From positions 372,001-436,000 of the forward strand of contig JASTWF010000110.1 of assembly GCA_030390025.1 (NCBI GenBank): a stretch of DNA of 64,000 nt. Reading direction: 5' to 3'. This stretch comes from Squalus acanthias. Its lineage: Eukaryota. Shown one piece after another: positions 12,897 to 24,934 of the stretch; position 1 is the stretch's first letter, and every line of letters starts with the position of its first letter. Position numbers and translations under genes: made by a program. The notes under the pieces are model-generated. The model did not search any database and had not been told where the DNA came from. It worked only from the letters and a program-made list of their open reading frames with translations.

Positions 12897-13037
12897 TTTC
12901 AAATAAAGCTGTTGGACTATAACCTGGTGTTGTGCGACTTCTCACTTTGATCTACATCTGAAATAAGGTGCAGCCAGGAACTCTCAAACATGGAAAGATC
13001 AATATTGTTGAAAGAGCTGCTGGGTTAACAGGGTTAG

Positions 13038-13385
13038 GGTGGTGTAGAGGCCATGTTACTTGACTAGTAATCCAGAGAATGCAAGTTCAAATCCCACCAT
13101 GGCAGTTCAAGAATGTAAATTCAGTTTAAAAAAATCTCGAAGTGAAAAGCTGACATCAGTAAAAGTGACCATTGTTGTAAAATCCCATCTGGTTCACTAA
13201 TGTCCTTTAGGGAAGGAAACCTGTTGTCCTTACCTGGTCTGGCATATATGTGACTCCTGTCCCACACCAATGTGGTTGACTCTTAACTGCGCTCTGAAGT
13301 GGCCAAGCAAGTCATTCAGTTGCCACCACCTTCTCAGAGCAACTAGATAAATGCCAGCCTTCGCAGCGACGCCCACTTCCTGACA
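13038..13385 (+). mobile_element. tRNA-headed SINE whose tail matches the 3' end of the LINE at 10450-10520
   Basis: Head gtggtgtag...gttcaaatcccacc; tail ccaccaccttctc...taaatgccagcctt...gacgcccac; related copies at 49490-49970 and 60435-60875 (minus). Confidence 0.7.
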
Positions 13386-13499
13386 TTGAGTTGCAAAGAA
13401 AACACCGATTGTAGCAACTGCAACAGCTAAGAGTGTAGCTTCCTGTACGGAGAGAACAGCACATCTCACTTGACAGTTGAGGATATTTAAGTTGAACCT

Positions 13500-13625
13500 T
13501 CTTCTCAACGCTAGGACTCGTGAACTGGAACTTGCTCCTGACTGAACTTCCCACACGACAATTCCTGAACTTTGGCATCTCGTCTGCAGCAGAAGTTTTC
13601 CAAAATACCGAGCAGGAGACACTAT
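13500..13625 (+). mobile_element. Short Ty3/Gypsy RT relic
   Basis: Encodes ELELAPD and LNFGISSAAEVFQN, resembling the Gypsy RT block ..FGISSAPEVFQ; disrupted. Confidence 0.5.
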
Positions 13626-13939
13626 TGGGGCACAGATACTTTAAGAAGTGTCGCGTTGATGCTTTGCTGTAAGGGACCACACTAGGGGACCAGAACTCCA
13701 TAGTCGGCATATCCCAGCATAAGCGTTGGGATGTGCGAATCGTGGATCTCCAGCGGTGATCCCACCAAAGGTCACGGGGTCAGAGGGAAGTCCCTTTACC
13801 TCAATGCCACTGGCAGACGCCCATGGCACGCAGCTAGGATGGCCCGCCTTGCTCTAGAAGCCTCAAACTGCAGCAGATGAGTGGGCACCTGGGCGTGGGA
13901 GGGCTCCCACTCCAGGTATTTCAGCACATAATCTGGGCT

Positions 13940-14205
13940 AACACTTCAGTGCGGTACTGAAGGAGCACTGCACTGTCGGAGGTGCTGTTTTTTGGATAAA
14001 CCGAGGCCCCGTCTGCCCTCTCAGGTGAACAGGGGCCGTTCTCCCCGGTGTCCTGGTCAATATTTCTCCCTCAACCAACAGCACTAAAACATGGGAGCTT
14101 GCTGTGTGCAAATTGGCAGCTGTGTTTCCGACATTAGAATCGTGACGGCGCTTCAAAAAAGTACTTCATTGGCTGTAAAGCGTTCTGGGATGTCCTGAGG
14201 TTGTG
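13940..14205 (+). mobile_element. Deu-domain SINE, degraded
   Basis: gcactgcactgtcggaggtgc...gtacttcattggctgtaaagcg. Confidence 0.7.
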
Positions 14206-14569
14206 AGCCCCGGGATCATTGTGGCGAATCTGCGCTGCACCCTCTCCAAGGCCTTCCTGAGGGGAGGTGCCCAAAACTGAACAGACGGGATCTGACCAAG
14301 GCTCTGCACAACCGAAGCAGAAACTTAATTGCGAGTCAACTGAGAAGTGTCGGGCCATCTGCAGCACTTACTGCAGTCTTTGTTACTACCCATACCATAA
14401 TAGTCACAGTCATTGCCTGGGCCTCTTCCCTGCTTATGTCATCCCCAAGCTCCGCCTCCTTGGAGTCAAGGCCCACCGTGCTTTCCAGCGAGTTTACTAG
14501 TTGTGAGTCTGAGACTCCCTACTGTTAAAAGCATTCTCTCCTCATTCCCTTTGCCTCACACACTGTCTA

Positions 14570-14940
14570 CTGTTGCCAACTCTGGGTGGACATATTCCTG
14601 GAGGTGTCATCACATGACATCCTGCCTCCAACTGCCCCGCCCCCACAGGCCCGCCATTGGTCGCCCATCCTCACCCCGCCTCCCAACGGCCAATCGGAAA
14701 GCGAATAGACTCTTCTTTCCCCGATTGGATGATTTTTGACTCTCGGTCGAACAGCCCATTTTCCCCACGACCGATATTTTTATAACCAATAAACAAAAGT
14801 GTCCAAAGAAAACAAAAATTAAAACACCATTTTAAGGTCCTTTTATGATTTTTCTCCAGGGTTTGCCTCGCAGCAGTGTCCTGGGGATTAATCTTTAATT
14901 CCTGGAGACTCCAGGGCCAATCCTGGAGGGTTGGCAACTC
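14570..14940. mobile_element. Non-autonomous DNA transposon with GTTGCCAAC termini (hAT-Blackjack-like)
   Basis: tgttgccaactctgg ... ggagggttggcaac inverted ends; TSD not resolved. Confidence 0.45.
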
Positions 14941-16064
14941 CAACACTGTCCACAGCCAGGAGCCGGGTTCCCAGCTCCCAGGCATCTGTGATGCCGATTT
15001 GGTGTGGGCCGCGGGGAGGTGAGTAGAGTGGGCATAATTTAAGATATAAACATTAACAGCACAGCTCTTGTGATGCTTTTCAGAGCCAGGATTCTATATT
15101 TAGACCTGGTAAGCAGCCAGTATGGGTGAGATTGGACACAAAACAGGCAGAATCGCGTCCGTCGCCTGTTTTACAGTGAATTTACAGCACAGAAACAGGC
15201 CATTCTGACTAACTGTTCGACGCCAGTGATCCCATGAGCCTCCCCCCAGGTAGCGAGTTCCACATTCTAGCCACCACACCCACCACTGACTTCAATATAA
15301 ATGAATATCGGGCGTGGTGTAAAAACGGGTGCCTGCTTTGCGTCCCCGCCCATGTCCAGTTTCACCCCCCAAGTCTGCGCTGTAACTGCAGCCCCAGCGA
15401 ATACTGATCCACCCCATGATACTCCCTTCCAGTAGTGTTGCTTTGAGTGGCAGGATGCTGCTCTCCCCCGTACTATGGGGGGAGGGGAGTGGGGGGCGGT
15501 CAGTTACGTTGAGATTGCGTGTGGCTCGGGTGTGACTGGAATTGTTGGGGTAACACTTTGTGCAGCCTGTGTGTTGGGCAGATCCGTGTTCTTGTGTCTC
15601 CACATCTGTGCGGTGCTCGGAGGAGGGAGCGATATTTAAATGATGATTAAACTGTGCGCTTGTTTCTTCAATAAAGATTCTAACAGAACTCCCTTAAACA
15701 GTCCGGTGCAGAAGTCGATGCCTCCGACACTGGAGTTGAACCATAGCGTCCTTTCTTTGTCTGACCTGCTTGCTGCTACTTAACAGGAAGATTATTATTC
15801 CAGTTTTGTGCAACAATTAAGCTGTTGGCTGAACGCCCGCTGTAACAAATCCTGTAACTTCCCTTCATTTAACATTTACATGAAGCTGCTAATATCAGCC
15901 AGAAGTGGAGCTAATGTCGAACTGATTCTCAGAGATTCACAGTGGGTCATTGTTCCCCACCAAGAACTTTCTAAATGACTTCTTTTAAATGTGTTCTCTC
16001 CTGCTCTTTGTCTCCCTGGGCCGTGAACCATCCCTGGGGCAGATTTACATCGAATTCACATCAC

Positions 16065-16975
16065 AGAAACAGGCCTTTCGGTCCAACTGGTCCGTGCCGG
16101 TGTTTATGCTCCACACGAGCCTCCTCCCATCACTACCTCATCTCACCCTTGTCAGCACATCCTTCTATTCCTATCTTCCTCATGTGCTTATCTAGCTTCC
16201 CCTTAACTGTTGCTATGCTATTAGCCTCAACCACTCCACATGATAGCAACTTCCACATTCTCACCACGCTCTGAATAAAGAAGTTTCTCCACGGTGGCAT
16301 AGTGGTTAGCACTGGTGCCTCACAGCGCCAGAGACCCGGGTTCGAATCTGACCTCGGCTGACTGTCTGTGTGGAGTTTGCACATTCTCCCCGTGTCTGCG
16401 TGGGTTTCCTCCGGGTGCTCCGGTTTCCTCCCACAGTCCAAAAATGTGCGGGTTAGGTTGATTTGGCTATGATAAATTGACCCTTAGTGTTAGGGGGGGA
16501 TTAAATATATGGGGATAGGATGGGATATGTTAGGGGAATTAAATACGTGGGGTTACGGGGGTAGGGTGGGATATGTGTACTGTGGGGATTAAAGCAGGGA
16601 CAGGGTACTGGATTTGGATGATCAGCCATGATCGTATTGAATGGTGGAGCAGGCTCGACGGGCCGAATGGCCTACTCCTGCTCCTAGATTCTATGTTTCT
16701 ATGAATTTACTGGTGACTACCTTGTATTTATGGCCCCGAGTTTTGATCTGCCCCCACAAGTGGAAACATCTTCTCTACGCCTACCTTATCAAACCCCTTC
16801 ATAATTTTAAAGACCTCTGTCAGGTCACCCCTCAGTCTTCTCTTTTCTATATAACCTGCTCAGTCGTTCCTGATGGTTATAAACTCTCAGTTCTGCTTAT
16901 CTACCTTGTAAATCTTTTTTTGCACCTTCTCTACTGTGTCCTTTTTGTGATATTGAGACCCGAACTGTGCACAGT
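16065..16975 (-). mobile_element. CR1 3' fragment interrupted by a V-SINE
   Basis: Antisense CR1 (ORF track: RNFFIQSVVRMWK...) continues on both sides of 16290-16702. Confidence 0.7.
16290..16702 (+). mobile_element. V-SINE (HE1-like) followed by a CR1-type 3' tail
   Basis: tRNA head ggtggcatagtggttagcactg...gggttcgaat; V-domain tgtgtggagtttgcacattctccccgtgtctgcgtgggtttcctccgggtgctccggtttcctcccacagtccaaa. Confidence 0.85.
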
Positions 16976-17234
16976 AACTCTGAGGCAGATGGGGTTTGAG
17001 CCAAACCCCAGCCTGCGCCAAGGCCTGTTAACCATTAGTTAGGAGGCTATTGAGAGTTGTCCCCGTCGATGCTTCCTCTGAGCTCCAGCCCAAGGACCTG
17101 AGCCAGTGATTTCATAGCTGGGGTGGCTGTTACTGGGGCAAAGCATTGCTCAGTGGCGCTGCCCACTGGTGGTCCAAAGCTCTGCAGCATCAAGACTGGG
17201 TAGATAGAATCTCTGTAAAGCTAATAAGAGCAGC

Positions 17235-17895
17235 GTTTACCAGTTAAAGGGGCAGAGTCTCTTCATCAGAGACTTTCAGATAGGCCCAGCTGCCAGTTAA
17301 AGAGGTAACGTCACCTCATCAGAGAGCTGTCAGAGAGGCCCAGCTGCCAGTTAAAGAGGTAACGTCACCTCATCAGAGAGCTGTCAGATAGGCCCAGCTA
17401 CCAGTTAAAGGGGCAGTGTCACCTCACCAGAGAGCTGTCAGATAGGCCCAGATACCAGTTAAAGGGTCACCTCAGCAGGGAGCAGTCAGACAGGCCCAGA
17501 TTTTACCAGTTAAAGGGGCAGTGTCACCTCAGCAGCGAGCTGTCAGATAGGCCCAGCTTGTACCAGTTAAAGGGGCAGTGTCACCTCAGCACCGAGCTGT
17601 CAGATAGGCCCAGCTTGTACCAGTTAAAGGGGCAGTGTGTCCTCATCAAGGACTTTCAGATAGGCCCAGCTACCAGTTAAAGGGGCAGTGTCACCTCAGC
17701 AGCGAGCTGTCAGATAGGCCCAGCTTTTACCAGTTAAAGGGGCAGTGTCACCTCAGCACCGAGCTGTCAGATAGGCCCAGCTTTTACCAGTTAAAGGGGC
17801 AGTGTCACCTCAGCAGCAAGCTGTCAGATAGGCCCAGCTTTTACCAGTTAAAGGGACACTGTCACCTCATCACGGAGCTGTCAGACAGACCCAGA
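17235..17895. repeat. 54-57-bp minisatellite, about 12 copies
   Basis: Unit accagttaaaggggcagtgtcacctcagcagcgagctgtcagataggcccagct(ttt). Confidence 0.95.
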
Positions 17896-18182
17896 TCCTT
17901 GAACAGGCCTTTCAAAGTTCAACTGCTAAACTGATTATGTACAATGGCTGATATTGCATTGGCTGTCCATTATACGCCGCTCCCAATTCTCAATTCCACT
18001 GAAGTGAATGGATGGGAAATTGGGCCGAGGTGTGTAACGGGCGGCTGATCCACTATCACCCATTTTACATTATCGCCAGGAGTTAGAATTACCCCCTGTG
18101 TATGCATTTGTACAGCGTCTTTAACGTCGGAAAACATTTAGAATGGGAAACCTGCATGTAAACATTTGCCTGTAACGCTGTA

Positions 18183-19060
18183 AGAACATAAAAACATAAG
18201 AAATAGGAGCAGGAGTAGACCATTTGGCCCCTCGAGCCTGCTCCACCATTCAATAAGATCAGGGCTGATCATCGACCTCAACTCCACTTCCCTGCCCGCT
18301 CCCCATAACCCTTCACTCCCCTGTTTTTCAAAAATCTGTCTATCTCCGTCTTGAATATATTCAATGACCCAGCCTCCACAGCTCTCTGGGGTAGAGAATT
18401 CCAAAGATTCACGACCCTCTGAGAGAAGAAATTCCTCCTCATCTCCGTCTTAAATGGGCGACACCTTATTCTGAAACTATGCTCCCTAGTTCCATGTTCC
18501 CCCACTCGGGGAAACATCCTCTCTGCATCTACCCTGTCAAGCCCCTCAGAATCTTGTATGTTTCAATAAGATCCCCTCTCATTCTTCTAAACTCCAATGA
18601 GTATAGGCCCAACCTGCCCAACCTTTCCTCATACAACAACCCCTTCAACTCAGGAATTAACCTCGTGAACCTTCTCTGAACTGCCTCCAATGCAAGTATA
18701 TCCTTCCTTAAATAAGGAGACCTGAACTGTACGCAGTACTCAAGGTGTGGCCTTACCAACGCCCTGTACAGTTGTAGCAAGACTTCCCTACTTTTATACT
18801 CCAACCCCCTTGCAATAAAAGCCAATATTCCATTTGCCTTCCTAATTACTTGCTGTACTTGCATGCTAACCTTTTGTGTTTCATGTACGAGGACACTCAG
18901 ATCCCTCTGTACCGCAGCTTTCTGTAGCCTCTCTCCATTTAAATAATATTTTGCTTTTTTATTCTTCCTACCAAAGTGGATCACCTCACATTTTCCCACA
19001 TTATACTCCATCTGCCAAATTTTTGCCCACTCACTTAACCTATCTATATCCCTTTGCAGA
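18183..19060 (-). mobile_element. CR1 3' part
   Basis: LQRDIDRLSEWA...RPHLEYCVQF...RRNFFSQRVVNLWN; tail aagaacat. Confidence 0.92.
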
Positions 19061-19199
19061 GTCTTTGGGCTGGATTTTGATACTGGGGCGGGTTGGGGTC
19101 GTGTTATCCACTTTTCGGCTATCACCCGATTCACACTATCACACAGTGTGCTTAATAATAACCAGAAATGATGTTTTAACTGCAACAGCACTTCCCCTT

Positions 19200-19491
19200 C
19201 TGTCTCTGTCTGTCTCTCTGTCTGCCACTGCCTCTCTCTCTCTGTCTGTGTGCCTGTCTGTCTGTCCCTTTCTCTCTCTGCGTCTGTCTCTCTGTCTGTC
19301 ACTATCTCTCTTTGTGTCTGTGTGCCTGTCTGTCTGTCCCTTTCTCTCTCTGAGTCTGTCTGCCTGTCTGTCTGTGTGTGTTTGTGTGAACCTGTCTCTC
19401 TCTGCGCCTGTCTGTGTGTGTGTGTGTGTGTGTCTGTCATCCCTGTCTCTCCATCTGCCTGTGTGTCTGTCCCTGTCTCTCTCTGTCTCTA

Positions 19492-19522
<31 letters not shown>

Positions 19523-20462
19523 CTGTCCTTGTCTCTCTCTGTCTCTATCTGTGTGTGTGTGTGTGTGTCTGTCCTTGTCTCTCTCTATCNNNNNNNNNNN
19601 NNNNNNNNNNNNNNNNNNNNNNNNNNNNNNNNNNNNNNNNNNNNNNNNNNNNNNNNNNNNNNNNNNNNNNNNNNNNNNNNNNNNNNNNNNNNNNNNNNNN
19701 NNNNNNNNNNNNNNNNNNNNNNNNNNNNNNNNNNNNNNNNNNNNNNNNNNNNNNNNNNNNNNNNNNNTCCCTGTCTGTGTGTGTGTGTGTGTGTGCCTGT
19801 CCCTGTCTGTGTGTGTGTGTGTGTCTGTCCCTGTCTCTCTCTGTCTCCGTGTGTCTGTGTCTGTCTGTGTGGGTGTNNNNNNNNNNNNNNNNNNNNNNNN
19901 NNNNNNNNNNNNNNNNNNNNNNNNNNNNNNNNNNNNNNNNNNNNNNNNNNNNNNNNNNNNNNNNNNNNNNNNNNNNNNNNNNNNNNNNNNNNNNNNNNNN
20001 NNNNNNNNNNNNNNNNNNNNNNNNNNNNNNNNNNNNNNNNNNNNNNNNGTCTCCGTGTGTCTGTGTGTGTGTGTGTGTGTGCCTGTCTATGTCTCTCTCT
20101 GTCTCCGTGTGTCTGTGTGTGTGTGTGTGCCTGTCCCTGTCTGTGTGTGTGTGTGTGTGTGTCCCGGTCTCTCTCTGTCCCTGTCTGTGTGGTCCCTGTC
20201 TCTGTGTGTGTGTGTGTGTGTGTGCCTGTCCCCGNNNNNNNNNNNNNNNNNNNNNNNNNNNNNNNNNNNNNNNNNNNNNNNNNNNNNNNNNNNNNNNNNN
20301 NNNNNNNNNNNNNNNNNNNNNNNNNNNNNNNNNNNNNNNNNNNNNNNNNNNNNNNNNNNNNNNNNNNNNNNNNNNNNNNNNNNNNGTCCCTGTCTGTGTG
20401 TGTGTGTGTGCCTGTCCCTGTCTCTCTATGTGTCTGACTGTCTGTCTGTCTCTGTCTCTCTC
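19200..20462. repeat. (TG)n/(TC)n low-complexity microsatellite with three N runs
   Basis: Directly visible; N runs at about 19590-19766, 19877-20047 and 20235-20385. Confidence 0.97.
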
Positions 20463-20924
20463 TGCTCACCCCCTCTCCCTCCAGGTAGAATCTTCCAGGT
20501 TTTGCCATATATTCCCAAATCCCCCCTACTATTCCCAGGAGTGGGAGGAGCCATTATTCTGCGTTCCCACAGCCCAGCCCTTCGAAATCCGAGCTAGAGG
20601 CAACTTTTGCAATTGTGAAGATTCTGCAGCTCTCCTTCAATAGTTCACAGACTCAACAGGTTTATAATCCAGGTGATCATAGTACGTGTATCTTAATCTG
20701 TTGGTTGTTTTTGGTTACAAGTTAATATTGAAAATGAATGGTTGGGAAAATTGTGTGGGAGTGTGTGGGAGTTTCCAATGACTAATCCCTGTGTATGTTT
20801 GGAAAGCTGAAATACAAAATCCCTGGTTTGTATCAAAACAGGATTAAGGCATCATACAAAGGTTTAGAGAAGCTTCAAGCTGGTGACTCAGTACTTCCCT
20901 CTGTCGCCCTTTCATTGCATTACA

Positions 20925-21578
20925 CACGGCACGGTGAGGGCAACAAGGCATCGGGGGCCTTGGTGAACGACGGGCCCAACAATGAGAGTAAAAGATTGAG
21001 AGATTAACAGAGGAAGGAAGGAGAAGGAGGGTGTATTCAATTCAAATCAGGTACACAAGGACAAATAAAGAAAGGGAAGGAAAGATTGGTTGAAGAGGGG
21101 GAAATAAAGACAGAAAGGACAAGGGAAAAAAATGAAAATTCTAAATTCGACATTTAAAAAAATCTCCAACAACGATTCAAAACCTGAAGGAATGAGAGTC
21201 CACACTTTTAATTGTTGATTTTCTGGGCCAGAGTGGTTGATTGGCAGTCATTAACAATCATTATCATTAACAATCATTAATTATCACAGTGTTATAAGGG
21301 TACTTACACTATTAATTACTAGACTTGACTTTCTGCGGCGAGTTTAATGGTTAATTAATCTGCAAACGCAGCAATTTTAATGAAGCTCACGGGGAGGGTC
21401 AGTGCGAGATGCCGTTTTCCCGAAGCTAACGGCAGAGCGTCACAAATCATCCGGTGACTTGGAGTGATTCGCAATTCACGGGGCATCTGATCTTCATCAC
21501 ATGTTGCTGGACGATGTGCACCTTAATAACAGCCTGCGTCGTTCACACGCCATTATATTTTTCAGCATATTCAGGACC
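20925..21578. mobile_element. Family X non-autonomous DNA transposon, degraded
   Basis: Similar to 5490-5800 and (reverse) 48450-48880; ends tatttttcagcatattcaggacc, resembling the reverse complement of the 47914 terminus. Confidence 0.55.
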
Positions 21579-22064
21579 ATTCCTTCCTCTGTTTGCTCCA
21601 CAGATGCCGACTGACTGCTGAGCATTTCCTGCTCTTGTTTCAGATTTCCAGCATTTTGCGTTATTTTGCTTGTTGTTTATTTCCCAATCATTTATTACCC
21701 TAACAGTGCGCGGCATTCTGTGCAAAAGTGTTTTTCACCCTGTTCTTTCCCCTTGTGACTGGGCACTTGTCCTGGTGACCTGCCCCAGGGAGCCTCGGGG
21801 GCCACACATAGACTTAGAGCCATATTCCCATTGCTTTGTACCGGTCTCAAGCTGCTGAAACAAACAAATCTTGTTCTTCTGGTTTACACTGAAGGCAGGG
21901 GTCTCTCCAAACCTCCAGGCCCACAATATTTACAGGAAAATTGGCAAATGGCAGGAGGTTGCATGGGCTTTGAGGATGGGATTAGCAGAAGGTTCCAATT
22001 GTAGGCTGGACTGAATTCCCGGAGAGCCGGGATGTAGGATGGACGGGATTACCAGGGGGTCCCG

Positions 22065-22360
22065 GGGTCTGGGATGGACGGGATTGACTGGCTGTACAGG
22101 GGGTCCCAGGGTCGGGGATTGACTGGGTGTACAGGGGGTCCCGGGGGATTGACTGGGTGTACAGGGGGTCCCGGGGGATTGACTGGGTGTACAGGGGGTC
22201 CTGGGGGATTGACTGGGTGTACAGGGGGTCCTGGGGGATTGACTGGGTGTACAGGGGGTCCTGGGGGATTGACTGGGTGTACAGGGGGTCCTGGGTGATT
22301 GACTGGGTGTACAGGGGGTCCTGGGGTCGGGGATTGACTGGGTATACAGGGGGTCCCGGG
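22065..22360. repeat. 30-bp G-rich minisatellite, about 9 copies
   Basis: Unit gggattgactgggtgtacagggggtcctgg. Confidence 0.95.
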
Positions 22361-22704
22361 ATCTTGGACAGACTGTTGTACAGGGTGTCCCAGGCTGTAG
22401 AATGAGCTGCATGTACAGGGGGCTGTAGAATTGACCGGATATCCCCGCTCCACAACAATGCAATAAAATGACATCAATACCCAAACAAGTCTCTTTTTTA
22501 AAAACATAGCGAAATAGTGCACAACACTCCAGATTAAATTATATTACCTTTTTAAGAAATTTTACTGCTGACTCTGTGTTGTTTACGTATGTAGCAAGCT
22601 TCTTTCAACATCATTCTGAGTCTCACATAGGTGAGGTGTGAGAGCCGGGAGGGAGCAGAGGGGAAGATATCCTCGTGGAGTCGGCCCTGCTGTCTTATTA
22701 GAAT

Positions 22705-22975
22705 TACATTACATGGAATGTACAGCACAGAAACAGGCCATTTGGCCCAAATGCTTCACGCCACTGTTGATGCTCCACACGAGCCTCCTCCCACCCTCCC
22801 TCATCAAACCCCATCAACATAACCTTCTGTTCCCTTCTCCCTCATGTGTTTACCTAACTTCCCCGTAAATGAATCTATACTCTTCGCCTCAACCACTCCC
22901 TGTGGTAGTCAGTTCCACATTCTCACCCCTCTCTGGGTAAAGAAGTTGCTCCTGAATTCCTCATTGGATTTTTTA
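22705..22975 (-). mobile_element. CR1 3' end fragment
   Basis: cacagaaacaggccatt...ctccacacgagcctcctccc...ttccacattctcacc, same family as 16065-16285. Confidence 0.75.
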
Positions 22976-23399
22976 TATTATGATATCAATTATATTATTA
23001 GATACAATAACGGGCCAATTCAGACACGAGGCAGAATATAGAGAAAGGATTGACTCTGTCAAATAACCATCGTCAGGTACAATATTAACACAGTTAATGC
23101 TGGCGATCACTACTTTATATCTCCACAAGAATGGAGGAAGGGGAAAAGGTGATTTACTCCGTCTCCATCGTGCGGAGCTCCACCTCTTGCTCCAGGACCC
23201 AGTGGGGTGGGAGGGTTAAATTCCTCTCATGTTGGATCAGCCGCCCCGGCTCCTGCAGTCAACGGAAAGGAAAATCGTGCGGGGTGACTAACGGGCGGCA
23301 GATCCGATATCGCCCGCTTTACACTGTGGCCAAAAGTTCAAATTAGCCCTATCGATACTGAATACTACTGAAATTTGTTACAATTCCCAACAGAAAATA

Positions 23400-23539
23400 T
23401 CAATGAATGAATGAATGAAAGGGCCCCGCCCTCTGTGGCTGCAGTGACTGTAAACTTTTGTACACAGAATGCAGCTGTTGATTTAAACCATCACATAACC
23501 AGAAGCGCCTCGCATCACCTTCAGCCCAGCCACTGAGAG
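23400..23539 (-). CDS. Possible alternative terminal exon carrying SVYKSL
   Basis: Acceptor ctcgctgttcctcag; phase 1 compatible with a donor at 25071 (AATG/gtgagc); reads ALSGWAEGDARRFWLCDGLNQQLHSVYKSLQSLQPQRAGPFHSFIH*. Could be chance. Confidence 0.25.
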
Positions 23540-23648
23540 CTGAGGAACAGCGAGTGACAGAACCCCCGCTCCCCCCGTCCATTCAACTGCGAGCGATTCT
23601 GGAACCCGCTAAATCTGCCATTCTGGAGCGCTCCAAGGGCCTGGGGGA

Positions 23649-23824
23649 GGGGGGATCTCGACTTTGCGCAAATAGTGTGAAACAGGCGATAGCGAACCGA
23701 CAGCCCGTTTTGCATCTTCCCCCATTTTTATTTCCATTGAAGTCAATGGGGAGAGACGCAAAATGGGCTGCCGACTCGCTATCGCCCGTGAGACACCATC
23801 GCGCAAAGCGAAGATCTACCCCCC
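23649..23824. mobile_element. About 180-bp palindromic MITE with central CCATTGAAGTCAATGG
   Basis: Arms cgactttgcgc...ggcgatagcga / tcgctatcgcc...gcgcaaagcg; relatives at 17935-18096, 26687-26873, 28745-28912, 49250-49430. Confidence 0.7.
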
Positions 23825-24119
23825 AACTTTCTGAAGGACTTCAGGAACTCGCAGCCAAAGGGATCCCGACACCGGGGCTACAGTCCGAGGAGCCGACCAA
23901 TGGGGCTTGCCGGCTGCCTCGGGGTCCCTGATCGTGCTCAGTGCCACCTCGTACGTCAGTGTGTCCCATGGAGGGTAGTGGTCCTTTCACTGGATCCACT
24001 CAGGACTCCGTCAACGTGCACAAGTTCCACGGCCTCGAACGCTGCCCGTTGTAATCGGGCCAATTGTCACATTTCTCCCACCCCAAAACCCATCGTCTAT
24101 CTCGTCCTGCCGAACCAGG

Positions 24120-24399
24120 GGGCTGGATTTTGTCTTGGGGTCAGGTTGGGGTCGTGTTACCCGCATTTCGTGTTCCCCCCAAACTCCAGAGTAATGATGC
24201 AATTTTAACTTAATTGGGCAATTGAGTTCCAGCATGTGGGAACCCATGAACCAATTAATGGCTTCAGTCTGAAAGTCGCCTCTGATGATGTCATCATTGC
24301 AGGTCAGAGAGACTGTCTGGTCTCAGAGATTACTTGACTTTTGCTGTGAATGGACCTGCCTGACTTTTGCTGTGAGTGGGCCTGGATGCAAAATGAGCA

Positions 24400-24438
<39 letters not shown>

Positions 24439-24903
24439 TCCATCCAGGTCCTCTCACAGCAAGGCCAGGCAGTCTCTGAAGACATTCAAAGCAGCAGCAT
24501 CAGAGGCGACTTTCAGACCTAATACTACTACTACCTTCATCACAATACTACTACCACCTTCATCACATCTCCATTGTAATAGTGGACCTGCAGCTGATAG
24601 TTAGCTATCCACTTGTGCTCCCGCCAGGTTTCACTGGCGTATTTCACATCAGGCGTACTTCACGTCGGAAAAGGGTTAAACTAGCTAAAACGTTTCAAAA
24701 TGGCATTACAGAGCCAATTTAGGGCTTGTTAAGGGCTTTAATGGCCTCTCCTGCCTCTTGGAGGCGGGAACCCCACGACCGATTTTGTCAAAATTGCGTG
24801 GAGGCGTGTTGGAGTCGGGATGGGGTCGGGACCCCCGACCCCACAATTTTAACCCCCCACACACCTCCAAACCCGACTCCATGGGTCATTGAAAATCCAG
24901 CCC
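24120..24903. mobile_element. Harbinger-type MITE in the receptor 3' UTR
   Basis: TIRs gggctggatttt / aaaatccagccc; TSD AGG (24117-24119, 24904-24906); a truncated relative starts at about 19067. Confidence 0.8.
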
Positions 24904-24934
24904 AGGAAGTCGATCCAATTCCCTGTTGAAAGAG

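Larger units (their letters stand above)
12540..12949. mobile_element. Penelope-type inverted pLTR insertion
   Basis: About 115-bp inverted arms (12577-12692 / 12830-12948), about 35-nt one-sided extension, 11-bp flanking direct repeat atctacatctg (12529-12539, 12950-12960). Confidence 0.8.

Noticed and set aside
16290-16360. tRNA gene candidates (also about 3080, 3850, 13040, 45770)
   Set aside because: A/B boxes run directly into SINE bodies; they are SINE heads.
18876-20643. Long Cys/Val/Leu/Ser-rich ORFs (300-570 aa)
   Set aside because: They are translations of a TG/TC microsatellite and N gaps.
21930-22522. Pro-rich repetitive ORFs (mucin/collagen-like)
   Set aside because: All frames are open only because of the 30-bp tandem repeat; no splice support linking it to the receptor.
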